Assembly: GCA_964016885.1 (NCBI GenBank)
Contig: OZ024750.1
Span: 28,458,001-28,522,000, forward strand
Source of the DNA: Eledone cirrhosa
Taxonomy: Eukaryota
Direction: 5' to 3'
DNA length: 64,000 nucleotides
This document shows, one piece after another, positions 54,032-64,000 of the stretch. Position numbers and translations under genes: made by a program. Within the stretch, counting starts at the first letter, position 1; each line of letters begins with the position of its first letter. The notes under the pieces are model-generated. The model was given only the letters and a program-made list of their open reading frames with translations. It was not told where the DNA came from and made no database searches.

Positions 54032-55099
54032 ACATACATACTCACACACAAACAACTTTGTGTTTATATATGTCTAAGTATTGAATTCACTTCAGCAAAG
54101 CTAGATGGTAATTAAGCGCTAATAAGAACATATTTAAACAGTTATGCACACAGCTACCAACAAAGTTGTTAGTCAGAAACACTTCTCACCTATTTACTCA
54201 AGGATTAGTTGGTCATTGGGTGTATTACAAGTGGTTATGACTGATAAGCACTGAACGATGAAACATTATCTCCAAGTTTATGTTAATGTTTATTTTTCTT
54301 CTTCAAATTGACAACGTAATTGCATAAAATTACATCAATTTATGGCGGTGTCACAGAATGAAGGCGGTGTGTTGACAGTCTCGTTAAGATGTCGTATTAC
54401 ATGGCAACTCTGGGTTCAAATCAAATTTGGTTTCAGATCGCTGTGTTATCTCGCCTAACTCACAGCCTCTTCATCCGGATACTGTTGTGGTTCCATGAAT
54501 AAGGAAATCTTTCTACAGTCGTAATTTTTTTTGGCCTCGAACTCTCTTCCGTCTCATTCTTTCCCCTCGCCTTATGACCTGAACTCTTTCAAGTCTAAAA
54601 TAGATTCATTCTTTTCGTCTTAATTTCTCCACATTCTTAGTCCATTACATAAAGTGGCTTAGCGCCTTGCTTGTGGCTTTTTGTTTATGTCACATTTATC
54701 CTTCTTTCTTTCGAGGTTGATATAATAAAATACCAGTTATATATTACGGTTGATATAATTATCTTTCCCATTACCCCAAAATCTGTTGGCCCAAATATAA
54801 AAAAAATAGGCGTGGTGGATGGATTGGCAGAATTGGTAGAACACGTGGTATTCGTGCCGGCTCTTTACGTTCTGAGTTCAAATCCCACCGAGGTCAGCTC
54901 TTTGTCTTTCTCTTTCCGAACTCGAGAAAATAAAGTACCAGTAAAATACCAGTAAAATACTAGGGTCGATATAAATGATTTCCCTTTCTCAAATTTGCTG
55001 ACGTTATGTCGAGAATGGAACGAATTATTAACATCAATATTAACTGTAATTCATATCATATTGGTTTTAATTTTGGCATAAGGGCAACAAATTTAGGGG

Positions 55100-55815
55100 A
55101 TGGTGGTGGTGGTGTGGTAGTGTGGTAGTGGTATAGTGGTGGTGGTGAGGTTGTGGTAGTGTGGTAGTGGTATAGTGGTGGTGGTGAGGTTGTGGTAGTG
55201 TGGTAGTGGTATAGTGGTGGTGGTGAGGTTGTGGTAGTGTGGTAGTGGTATAGTGGTGGTGGTGAGGTTGTGGTTGTGTGGTAGTGGTATAGTGGTGGTG
55301 GTGATGTAGTGGTGGTGGAGTAGTGGTGGTGGAGTAGTGATAGTGGTGGTGAGGTTGTGGTTGTGTGGTAGTAGTATAGTGGTGGTGGTGATGTGGTGCT
55401 ATGAAGGTGAAGGTGATGGTGGTGGTGTGGTGGTGTAGTGATGGTGCTGGTAGTGCGGTGTAGTGATGGTGGTGGCGCTGGTGGTGACGGTGGTGGTAGA
55501 GTAGTGTGGTGGTGCAGTGGTGGCGGTGCTGATTCAGTGGTGGTGGTGTAGTGGTGACGCTGGTTTAGTAGTGCTGGTGGTGATGGTGGTGCAGTGGCGG
55601 TGCTAGTTTAGTGGTGGATGTGGTGTAGTGATGGTGGTGTGGTGGTGGTGTAGTGATGGTGGTGTGGTGGTGGTGTGGTGATGGTGGTGTGGTGGTGTGG
55701 TGATGGTGGTGTAGTGGTGGTGGTGTAGTGGTGATGGTGTAGTAGTAGTGGTGTAGTGGTGGTGCTGGTGGTAATAGTGGTGGAGTAGTGAGGTTGTGGT
55801 GGTGAGGTAGTGGTG
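55100..55815 (+). repeat. GTG/GTA-rich array with a 39-bp period at 55114-55300
   Basis: Direct reading. Confidence 0.85.
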
Positions 55816-55920
55816 ATCAGGCTGTACTTTTCGAAAGTGAAATACCCAAGTTTTTATTTCTCACGGTGTCGTCTGCAAGGTTAAGGTTACGGCAATCAAA
55901 TAAAATAAATAAATAAATAA

Positions 55921-55987
<67 letters not shown>

Positions 55988-56599
55988 GTAGGTTGAGAGA
56001 AAGAAGCAGTGTTTGTGTGTGTAATTGAAAGAGAGCGGGTGTGAAGCTAGTGAGTGTTAGGATGAGGGGTGGTGATGGTGGGGAGGTGTATATAAAGTGT
56101 AAGGAAGCAATGGGTATTTTATTGTAAAAAGGTTTTATTTGAAATAAGTAATTGTAAAGAGTGTGATGGAGGTGGAGGTGGAGGTGGGGTGGGGGTGGGG
56201 GTGGAGGTGGAGGTGGTGGTGGTGAGGAGGAAGGCAAGAAAGTCATCAGAGAATGTCAAGTTTAAGAGACTGAAATGGGTAATTTGGTTGATAGAGAGAT
56301 AGATGGATGGGGATAGATGGATATATATATATATATAGATATATAACGAAGGAAATGTGGTAAGGAACCAGGTGGACCATAACGCACCAAAGTACTCAAT
56401 ACTTGAGGTAGTAGAGTGGGTAATAGGAACCAGTAAGACCCCGACAGCTGAGCTCAAGCCGTTTCGACGGCTAATTCTGGGATATATATATATATATATA
56501 TTAGCCGTCGAAACGGCTTGAGCTCAGCTGTCGGGGTCTTACTGGTTCCTATATAGATATATATATATATATAGATATATATATATATATATATATATA

Positions 56600-57106
56600 T
56601 TTCGTTTCTGAATTTGTTTAGCAAGATTCTTTATCTGAAAACGTGTGTTGAAACCGATATTGTTATACTTTGGGAGGGTCATGTTGCCAATAAGAAACAC
56701 ACGCACCAGTTGCTTTCACTTCAATTTATTATAATAAATTTATAAATTTAGGAATTTATAAATTTCCGGTTGGTTGGTTGGTTCCACAACCAGATGGTTG
56801 TTTATATATTGTCAAAGTTCTTTCGTCACACATTCTGTGACCTCTTCAGTGACTGGGGATTCTTTTCTTTTCTTTATTTTTGTGCCTCTCCTTTGTTCTG
56901 TCCTACGCCATCTTGTTTGTGGCGTAGGACAGAACAAAGGAGAACTGAAAGAACTTTGACAATATATAAACAACCATCTGGTTGTGGAACCAACCAGCCA
57001 ACCGGAAATTTATAAATTCCTAAATTTATAAATTTATTATAATAAATTGAAGTGAAAGCAACTGGTGCGTGTGTTTCTTATTGGCAACATGACCCTCCCA
57101 AAGTAT

Positions 57107-57112
<6 letters not shown>
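56600..57112. mobile_element. Asymmetric fold-back with hammerhead 56811-56853 (-); decayed relative 41055-41300
   Basis: gtca CTGAAGA g gtcaca..gtgac GAAA g-aa-c TT^tgac; arms ~56658-56825 and ~56947-57112. Confidence 0.75.
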
Positions 57113-57171
<59 letters not shown>

Positions 57172-57599
57172 TGTGTGTGTGTGTGTGTGTGTGTAGTATT
57201 AGTGTATTGATACTTCGTTCCTGCTCATTATTAATATATTTAAAAAGAAAAAGAGAGAGAGAGGGGGAGAGAGGAGGAGGAGGGGAGAGAGAGAGAGCGA
57301 ATGAGGTAGATAGAAAGAGGGAGATTATATATATATATATATAGGGAGAGAGAGGGAGAAAAAGACAAAGAAAGATACAGACAAGAGATAAGAGATGTAC
57401 AGATAGACAGAAGGTGAGAACGAGGGTGAGAGGGTGAGAGAGTGAGAGAGAGAGACAGACAGACAGACAGAAGGTGAGAACAAGGGTGTGAGGGTGAGAG
57501 AGAGACAGACAGACAGACAAGAGGTGAGAAAGAAGGCTAGAGTGAGAGACAGAGGGTGACAGACAGACATACTGAGAGAGAGAGAGGAGCGGACAGAAA

Positions 57600-58031
57600 G
57601 AGAGGCAATCAGACAGAAAGAGAGAGAGATAGACAGACAGAAAGAGAGAGAGATAGACAGAGAGAGAGAGACAGACAGATAGATAGACAGACAGAGAGAG
57701 AGAGAGACAGAGAGATAGACAGACAGAGAGATAGACAGACAGAGAGATAGACAGACAGAGAGATAGACAGACAGAGAGATAGACAGGCAGAGAGATAGAC
57801 AGACAGAGAGATAGACAGACAGAGAGATAGACAGGCAGAGAGATAGACAGACAGAGAGATAGACAGGCAGAGAGATAGACAGGCAGAGAGAGATAGACAG
57901 GCAGAGAGATAGACAGGCAGAGAGAGATAGACAGGCAGAGAGAGATAGACAGGCAGAGAGATAGACAGGCAGAGAGAGATAGACAGGCAGAGAGAGATAG
58001 ACAGGCAGAGAGATAGACAGACAGAGAGATA
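57600..58031. repeat. (GACAGAGAGATA/GGCAGAGAGATA)n satellite, 3' flank of the LINE
   Basis: Direct reading. Confidence 0.95.
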
Positions 58032-58295
58032 TGTTTCTTTTATTTGCCACTAGGGCATCAAAAGTGGGACAAGTACAAAGGGGAGAGTTTACACAAAAAG
58101 GCGTCCTCAATAAGGAGGAGGCAATAACAAAATATAAAAATAAAATAAGATATAACAAAAAATAAAATTTATAACAAAATCCTCAATAGAGAGGAGGCGC
58201 CTTGGGGGGTCGCACACACCCCCGAAAAAAGTGTGCAACCCTTTTCCTCAGGAGCACAGAGAGGGGGTGCTCCCTCGTTCCTTCCTCTTTTCCAC

Positions 58296-61200
58296 CTACA
58301 GGCTTATGTAAAGAGAAGGCCCATTCACACGGGCCATTCTCGCCACTTTCACCCACCTTTCATAAAAACGACTGGGGTGCAGCACCTCTCTCTCCATCCT
58401 GATCCTTCTTCCGAAATGATATCGGAAGAAACGGACCAGTTGTTGGCCAGAGAGAAAGGTGCCTGACCTCAGTCCTTTCAGACGCGTCCACCATACAACC
58501 TCTTTCGCCATGGCTATTACGCACAGAAACACCGCCTCTGCTTCATCTTTGAAGGGGGGAGGCGGCTTGATCATTACAATAGACTCGGTGGTCAACCGGA
58601 TCGGTCCCACCCTTGACAGCAGTTGTTCGACATAGCCCCACAGATCGGCTACGCCCGAGCAGTGTACCAATGCGTGTGCAACGGTTTCCTCGTTGCACAC
58701 GCATCTGGGACAGATCTTTTTGGCGGGGTCCCTACCCGGGCGCCCGTGTCTGTAGAGCCTTTCTCGAACGGGTAAAGCCCCTCGGTAGCTCTGCCAGGCC
58801 AGGGACTTCTGGAAGTTGTCCATAGGTCCCGGGCTGAATGTCCTACCGAACAGGCTGGCCAGTTCGTCTTCCTCCATGTCTAGGGCTTCTCCGAGGGCGT
58901 CGTCGCACCTGCTGAGTACCAGCCCTCTATAGAATGTTGCGGTGGAGTCTCCACTGATAACCGGATCCGCCTGCCAGAGGGCGGTGAGCGCCTGGGCACA
59001 CTCAGTGTGCCAGGCGCCCAGTTTTCTCGGTCTTTGCTTGACCCAGGATTGCAGCTCGGTGAGTGAGAAGAGTCTGGGTAAGGTTCGTCTCACAAACGAG
59101 GCCCACACCGGTTGTCCGGTGAGGAATACGTAGAGGTGCCGTAGCCTTAATGCGTGTTTACGCATCACTAGCCACGGCATCCCCAGCCCTCCTTTCGAAG
59201 GGTGTTGACAGCAGATGGATCTCCTCACCATAGGAGCCCGCCTCTTCCAAAGGAATTGGAAGAGCGCGCGCTCCATCTTGGTGAGGGTTTCCCTTGGGCA
59301 GGGCACTACGGTCAGGCGGTAGTAGATGACGGACGCTATATAAGTGTTCGCCACCTCCGCCCGACCTTTCAGGGATAGTTTGCAACTGGCCCACTTCTGG
59401 GTCAGTGCAAACACCCTGTTCGTAACCTCCGCCCAGTTTTTCTCCACCTGGAGGTCCGGTCCGAACCAGACCCCGAGCAACTTCACCGGGCCCTCCGTCC
59501 AGCGTCCGACGACGCCATCGGAGGGCATCGGTCTGCCCCTCCACGTGCCGAGTTGCAAACCGATCGACTTGTCCCGGTTCAGCTTAGCCCCTGTGAACTT
59601 TTCGTACTCCTCCAGTAAGGTGCCGACCGCCTCGATTTCGGAGGCCGTCGACACCATTACTGTCACGTCATCGGCGTAGGCTGACACCGCTTTCCGCAAT
59701 CCCGGTTCCAAAGGGATGCCCTGCAACAACTCCAACTTCCGCAGTAGTGGCTCGAGAGTCAACACATACAGAAGGGAGGAGAGAGGGCACCCTTGTCGGA
59801 TGGACCGCGCGATTTTGAACGGCTCCGAGAGGTAGCCGTTCACCTTGACCCTAGAGCAGATGCGGCTGCTGTGCATAGCAGTGATCCAGCCCCTGAAAAC
59901 GGGTCCGAAGCCTGCCGCCGCTCGCACTGCATCCAGGTAACCATGGTCGACCCTATCGAACGCCTTAGATTGATCCAAGTTGATCAGAGCCCCACCAAAG
60001 CCGGGTTCGTTCCCAACCCTCTCTATGATGTATCGCATGAGGTGGAGGTTGTCATGGATGGACCTGGACGGGATAGCGCATGTCTGCGCATCTCCCACCA
60101 GGTTGCCCACGACAAGCGCCAACCTCTTTGCTAGCACCTTGGCCAAAATCTGTAACTCTGTATTTAGCAGAGTTATGGGCCTGAAGTTACTTATTTCGTC
60201 CCCCTTGTTCTCGTCCTTCCTCACTAGCGTGACTACGCCCTTGGTCACAGTACAGGGAATTCTCCCGTTCTGTTGCCAGTTGCAGTAGACCGCCTCGAGG
60301 AGATCGGGGAACAAGTCCGGCATAGCTAGATATAATTCGTAAGGAAGACCATCGAGACCCGGGGATTTGCGTTTGCCGCATTGGCTCAGCACGTCCTCTA
60401 TCTCAGCGGCCGAAATCGGCTCCTCGCAGGACTTCGCCTCCCTGTCCGAGAGGCGCGGCAGGCCGTCGAGGTATGGACCGAAGTCCACGTTCCCAACCGG
60501 CTCCCCGCCCCTCCCGAACAGTCGGGCAAAGTGCCTTTGAAAGGCCTCACACATCTGCTTAGGCTCAAGAATCGCCCGTCCATCCAGGTCTCGCAAAGAC
60601 CGGATGGTGGATTTAGTTCCACTGTTGGCCTCTGTCACGCGGGCCCAGCTAACAGCTTTGGTCCCCTCGTTCCCTAGAGCACGTATTTTACTTCGGACAA
60701 CGCAGCCTTCGTGCTTCGCGTCGAAAAACTGGCTCAAAGCCGTTCTCGGCGCTAGCACTCTGGCCACGTCGCCGCTTCTAATTGCCTCTTCTACTCTATC
60801 TATTAGCTCCCTTTCCTTCCTATTCCTATCCGCAGCTAGAACCTTACTAAATTCAATCGAGACTACTCTAATGACGATCGCTCCAGTCAACCGTTCCTTA
60901 ACTAACGTACTAATCCGATTCCTGTAGGCTCTACTTGCCGGCAAGGACAAGTTGAGCTTCCAGTAACCGGGGCCCTGTCTATGCGTTCTATCAAGGTTGA
61001 CCATGCAGGTCACCAACTTGTGGTCTGAATAGCCAACCATGAGCATTTCTGGACAGCTTAAAAAGTCCCTGTCCTTATTTCTAACTAAAAATCTATCTAG
61101 GTACGATCTAGATGATCCGCTGCGATTTGACCAAGACCAGGTTGGCACCGTCGGAAAATCTAGTCGAAATCTATCGGCCAGGTCAAATCGGCCGAGTAAC

Positions 61201-61700
61201 CCCTTGAGGCTGTTGCACCCCTCTCTATCGGGACATGCCCCTGCATAGTCCCAACGTGCATCCAGGATACCATTCCAATCCCCCACTAAAAGCAGGGAAC
61301 GGGACGTCCCTAGAAAAGACTCCAGACGCTGGAAAAAGTCGGGCCGCTCTGTCCCAAAAGGGGCATATGCGGCTATCAGCCTAAAGGCTCTACCTTCACC
61401 ACTGCCAAGGTCCAGCACCACCAGTCGACCCCCTGGGTCCAAGTGAACTATCTGTGTTGCAAGGCCCATATGTTTTTGCAGCAGAACGACAACCCCACCC
61501 CCACCTCCGGGCTGACAGAGAGATGCGTGCATCTCAAAGTCGTCAAAGGTGGGGGCTAGCTGTCGCATGCTGCTGATCCGGGCCTCGCAGATAACCATCA
61601 CATTTATAGATTGTGACCTGAGGTCATTTAGAAGCATTGTTTGCTTCCAAGACGAGCCCAGGCCACGCGCATTTAGACACCCTACTCTTAGCACAGCCAT
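58296..61700 (-). CDS. LINE ORF2: APE endonuclease + reverse transcriptase + C-terminal zinc finger (1134 aa from ATG 61700)
   Basis: LNARGL, GDWN, YLDRF, SDHK (APE); KSPGLDG, FRPITLLN, DQSKAFDRV, RQGCPLS, YADD (RT); CPRC...HALVHC. Confidence 0.95.
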   Translation of the reverse strand: MAVLRVGCLNARGLGSSWKQTMLLNDLRSQSINVMVICEARISSMRQLAPTFDDFEMHASLCQPGGGGGVVVLLQKHMGLATQIVHLDPGGRLVVLDLGSGEGRAFRLIAAYAPFGTERPDFFQRLESFLGTSRSLLLVGDWNGILDARWDYAGACPDREGCNSLKGLLGRFDLADRFRLDFPTVPTWSWSNRSGSSRSYLDRFLVRNKDRDFLSCPEMLMVGYSDHKLVTCMVNLDRTHRQGPGYWKLNLSLPASRAYRNRISTLVKERLTGAIVIRVVSIEFSKVLAADRNRKERELIDRVEEAIRSGDVARVLAPRTALSQFFDAKHEGCVVRSKIRALGNEGTKAVSWARVTEANSGTKSTIRSLRDLDGRAILEPKQMCEAFQRHFARLFGRGGEPVGNVDFGPYLDGLPRLSDREAKSCEEPISAAEIEDVLSQCGKRKSPGLDGLPYELYLAMPDLFPDLLEAVYCNWQQNGRIPCTVTKGVVTLVRKDENKGDEISNFRPITLLNTELQILAKVLAKRLALVVGNLVGDAQTCAIPSRSIHDNLHLMRYIIERVGNEPGFGGALINLDQSKAFDRVDHGYLDAVRAAAGFGPVFRGWITAMHSSRICSRVKVNGYLSEPFKIARSIRQGCPLSSLLYVLTLEPLLRKLELLQGIPLEPGLRKAVSAYADDVTVMVSTASEIEAVGTLLEEYEKFTGAKLNRDKSIGLQLGTWRGRPMPSDGVVGRWTEGPVKLLGVWFGPDLQVEKNWAEVTNRVFALTQKWASCKLSLKGRAEVANTYIASVIYYRLTVVPCPRETLTKMERALFQFLWKRRAPMVRRSICCQHPSKGGLGMPWLVMRKHALRLRHLYVFLTGQPVWASFVRRTLPRLFSLTELQSWVKQRPRKLGAWHTECAQALTALWQADPVISGDSTATFYRGLVLSRCDDALGEALDMEEDELASLFGRTFSPGPMDNFQKSLAWQSYRGALPVRERLYRHGRPGRDPAKKICPRCVCNEETVAHALVHCSGVADLWGYVEQLLSRVGPIRLTTESIVMIKPPPPFKDEAEAVFLCVIAMAKEVVWWTRLKGLRSGTFLSGQQLVRFFRYHFGRRIRMEREVLHPSRFYERWVKVARMARVNGPSLYISL

Positions 61701-61755
61701 GTTGGTGGTAAAGAGAAAAGGCACTTACCTCTCTGCGTCCCGGGAAACGGGCCGC

Positions 61756-63098
61756 TCAATTTCCATGCTGGTTGGGGATGGGTTGTTGGGTGGGGTGGTG
61801 GTTTGTGGAAGTGAAGGGGCATCGGTGTGTTGTGGGGTTGGGGTGTTTGTCGTTGAGTGGGTGTCTGGGTGGGGTGGAGGGGTGAAATTTTTTAGGAGGA
61901 CGCGGTTGATTGGTTTGGCGCAGGGGGGGGCCCACGTCCTCCGTGAAATTTATTTTCAGTGTTTTGTACAAGTGCATTGGGACTTTTATCATTTTCAAAT
62001 GAGGTAGTCCCACAGCAGTTATAAAGTTTGGCCCTTCAGTTTGGACCGAAGGGTTTACTGAAATTGTTTTCCGTAATTCTTTGTTGTCTGTGTTCATGTA
62101 TGTGTATTGTAAGGTCTTTTTTTGTGTAGCAGTTAGTGTTGTGTGACAGGGAGGGGTGGTTTGTGTGTAGTTTGTGTTCTCTTGGGGGGGGGGGGGGTTA
62201 AAGTTAACATGTGTGTCTGTGGTGCGTCTCCTCTTCTTTCTTTTTACTTGTTGGAAGGGATCTTTTTCGTCTTGCGACGAAAGAGGTTCGTCTTCCTTGT
62301 TGGGTGGGAGGGGTATGTTTTCTGGTAGTGTTTGCGGTGTGCGTGTTTTTGTATTTGTTTTGGGTGGGGAGGGATTGGGTGGGACAGTATTCTGTGTTAT
62401 TTTTTCACGTGTTTGTTGTTGTTGTTGTTGTGGTGGTGGTGGTGGTGGTGGGGTTGTTGGTTTTTGTTGTTGTTGTGGTTGTTTTTGTTGTTGTAGTTGG
62501 GGTGGTGTTGGTGTTGGTAGCAGTGTTTTTTTCTGTGTGAGCTGGGGACAGGCAGCCCTCAGGTGACCTCTATTGCCACAGAGGTAACAGGATGGACGCC
62601 TACCCTCCACAATAATGTTGAGGTGGGTACGGTCATCCAGCATGACGCGCTCAGGGATTTGGGCGATGCGTTCTGGCCTTATTTGGGTCAGAACTTCGAT
62701 ACTCGTTCCACTGAACGCGTCGCCGGATGCCTTCCCTATTGAAATGAGGTTGTCCTCGTCTAAATTGAGGAAACCGGTTAGTAACCACCAGTAGTTTATG
62801 TTTGGGGTGATGGTGGTTATCCATATCCTCTGGGTTTTTTTACCCATGTAGGTGGGGAAGAAGGTGTAGTGTGTGGACCGAATTGGCGACACAGAGTATT
62901 TTTTTGCCGCCAATTCGTCTTTCATCAATATGGATAAACTCCCATAGAGTTTATCCTTTTGTATAAAAGTGATGTCTCTCATCGCGTCTTTCAAGACTAA
63001 CTGAATTTCCGCTTGAGATGGTTGCGCTGGTTTCTTTGTTTTATTTAAAATTGTTCGGAATACGACAGTTCGTAATTCCGTCTGTCTTTTTAGCTCCG
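61756..63098 (-). CDS. LINE ORF1 (gag-like, CCHC knuckle, P/Q/T-rich tail)
   Basis: CYLCGNRGHLRAAC = CX2CX4HX4C; KRKKRRR basic motif. The N-terminal SLSVY part of the track ORF is flanking satellite. Confidence 0.85.
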
Positions 63099-63975
63099 GA
63101 GATAGACAGACAGAGAGATAGACAGACAGAGAGATAGACAGGCAGAGAGATAGACAGACAGAGAGATAGACAGGCAGAGAGATAGACAGACAGAGAGATA
63201 GACAGACAGAGAGATAGACAGACAGAGAGATAGACAGGCAGAGAGAGAGACAGACAGAGAGAGAGACAGACAGAGAGATAGACACACAGAGAGAGATAGA
63301 CAGACAGAGAGATAGACAGACGGAGGGATAGACAGACAGAGAGATAGACAGACAGAGAGATAGACAGACAGAGAGAGATAGACAGACAGAGAGATAGACA
63401 GGCAGAGAGATAGACAGACAGAGAGATAGACAGGCAGAGAGATAGACACACAGAGAGAGATAGACAGACAGAGAGATAGACAGACAGAGAGATAGACACA
63501 CAGAGAGAGATAGACAGACAGAGAGATAGACAGACAGAGAGATAGACAGACAGAGAGATAGACAGACAGAGAGATAGACAGGCAGAGAGAGATAGACAGA
63601 CAGAGAGATAGGCAGGCAGAGAGAGATAGACACACAGAGAGAGATAGACAGACAGAGAGATAGACAGACAGAGAGATAGACAGACAGAGAGATAGATAGA
63701 CAGAGAGATAGACAGACAGAAAGATAGACAGACAGAGAGAGATAGACAGACAGAGAGATAGACATGCAGAGAGATAGACAGAGAGAGAGATAGACAGACA
63801 GAGAGATAGACAGAGAGAGAGATAGACAGACAGAGAGATAGACAGAGAGAGAGATATACAGACAGAGAGATAGACAGGCAGAGAGATAGACAGACAGAGA
63901 GATAGACAGGCAGAGAGATAAACAGACAGAGAGATAGACAGGCAGAGAGATAGACAGACAGAGAGATAGACAGAT
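63099..63975. repeat. (GACAGAGAGATA)n satellite, 5' flank of the LINE
   Basis: Same unit and orientation as 57600-58031. Confidence 0.95.
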
Positions 63976-64000
63976 AAGAAGGAGAGAAATTAATGCCCAA

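Larger units (their letters stand above)
58032..63098 (-). mobile_element. L1/Tx1-type non-LTR retrotransposon, probably slightly 5'-truncated
   Basis: Two ORFs; ~260-nt 3'UTR ending AATAAAAGAAACA directly into satellite; sharp GC increase relative to flanks. Confidence 0.92.

Noticed and set aside
58613-62566. Plus-strand and alternate-frame ORFs overlapping the LINE
   Set aside because: Shadow ORFs of GC-rich coding sequence; no recognisable domains.
63099-63765. N-terminal ~220 aa of the 669-aa ORF
   Set aside because: Read-through into the flanking satellite, not part of ORF1.

Overview
Eukaryotic, AT-rich, microsatellite-saturated DNA. Repeat content resembles a cephalopod (Octopus-like) genome; this is inference only. 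Almost all ORF-track entries are translations of simple repeats. The one near-complete element is an L1/Tx1-type LINE (58032-63098, minus strand; CCHC ORF1 plus APE-RT-zf ORF2) embedded in a (GACAGAGAGATA)n satellite. Also present: RTE and Penelope ORF fragments, about 25 tRNA-derived SINEs, two Helitron-like elements, hAT and piggyBac MITEs, and a 14 x 102-bp open-frame minisatellite. The main hidden signal is in the short islands between (TA)n tracts. These are termini of many Penelope-like retroelement families, most carrying a hammerhead ribozyme (more than a dozen folded by eye, with compensatory stem changes) and often arranged as asymmetric fold-backs. One family (37045-37111 +, 49397-49462 -, three partial copies) has a non-circularly permuted, pseudoknotted hammerhead. 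Its GAAA strand lies inside the stem I loop, and its stem III carries a box C/D-type kink-turn, with covariation between copies. All folds are manual and none is experimentally tested.
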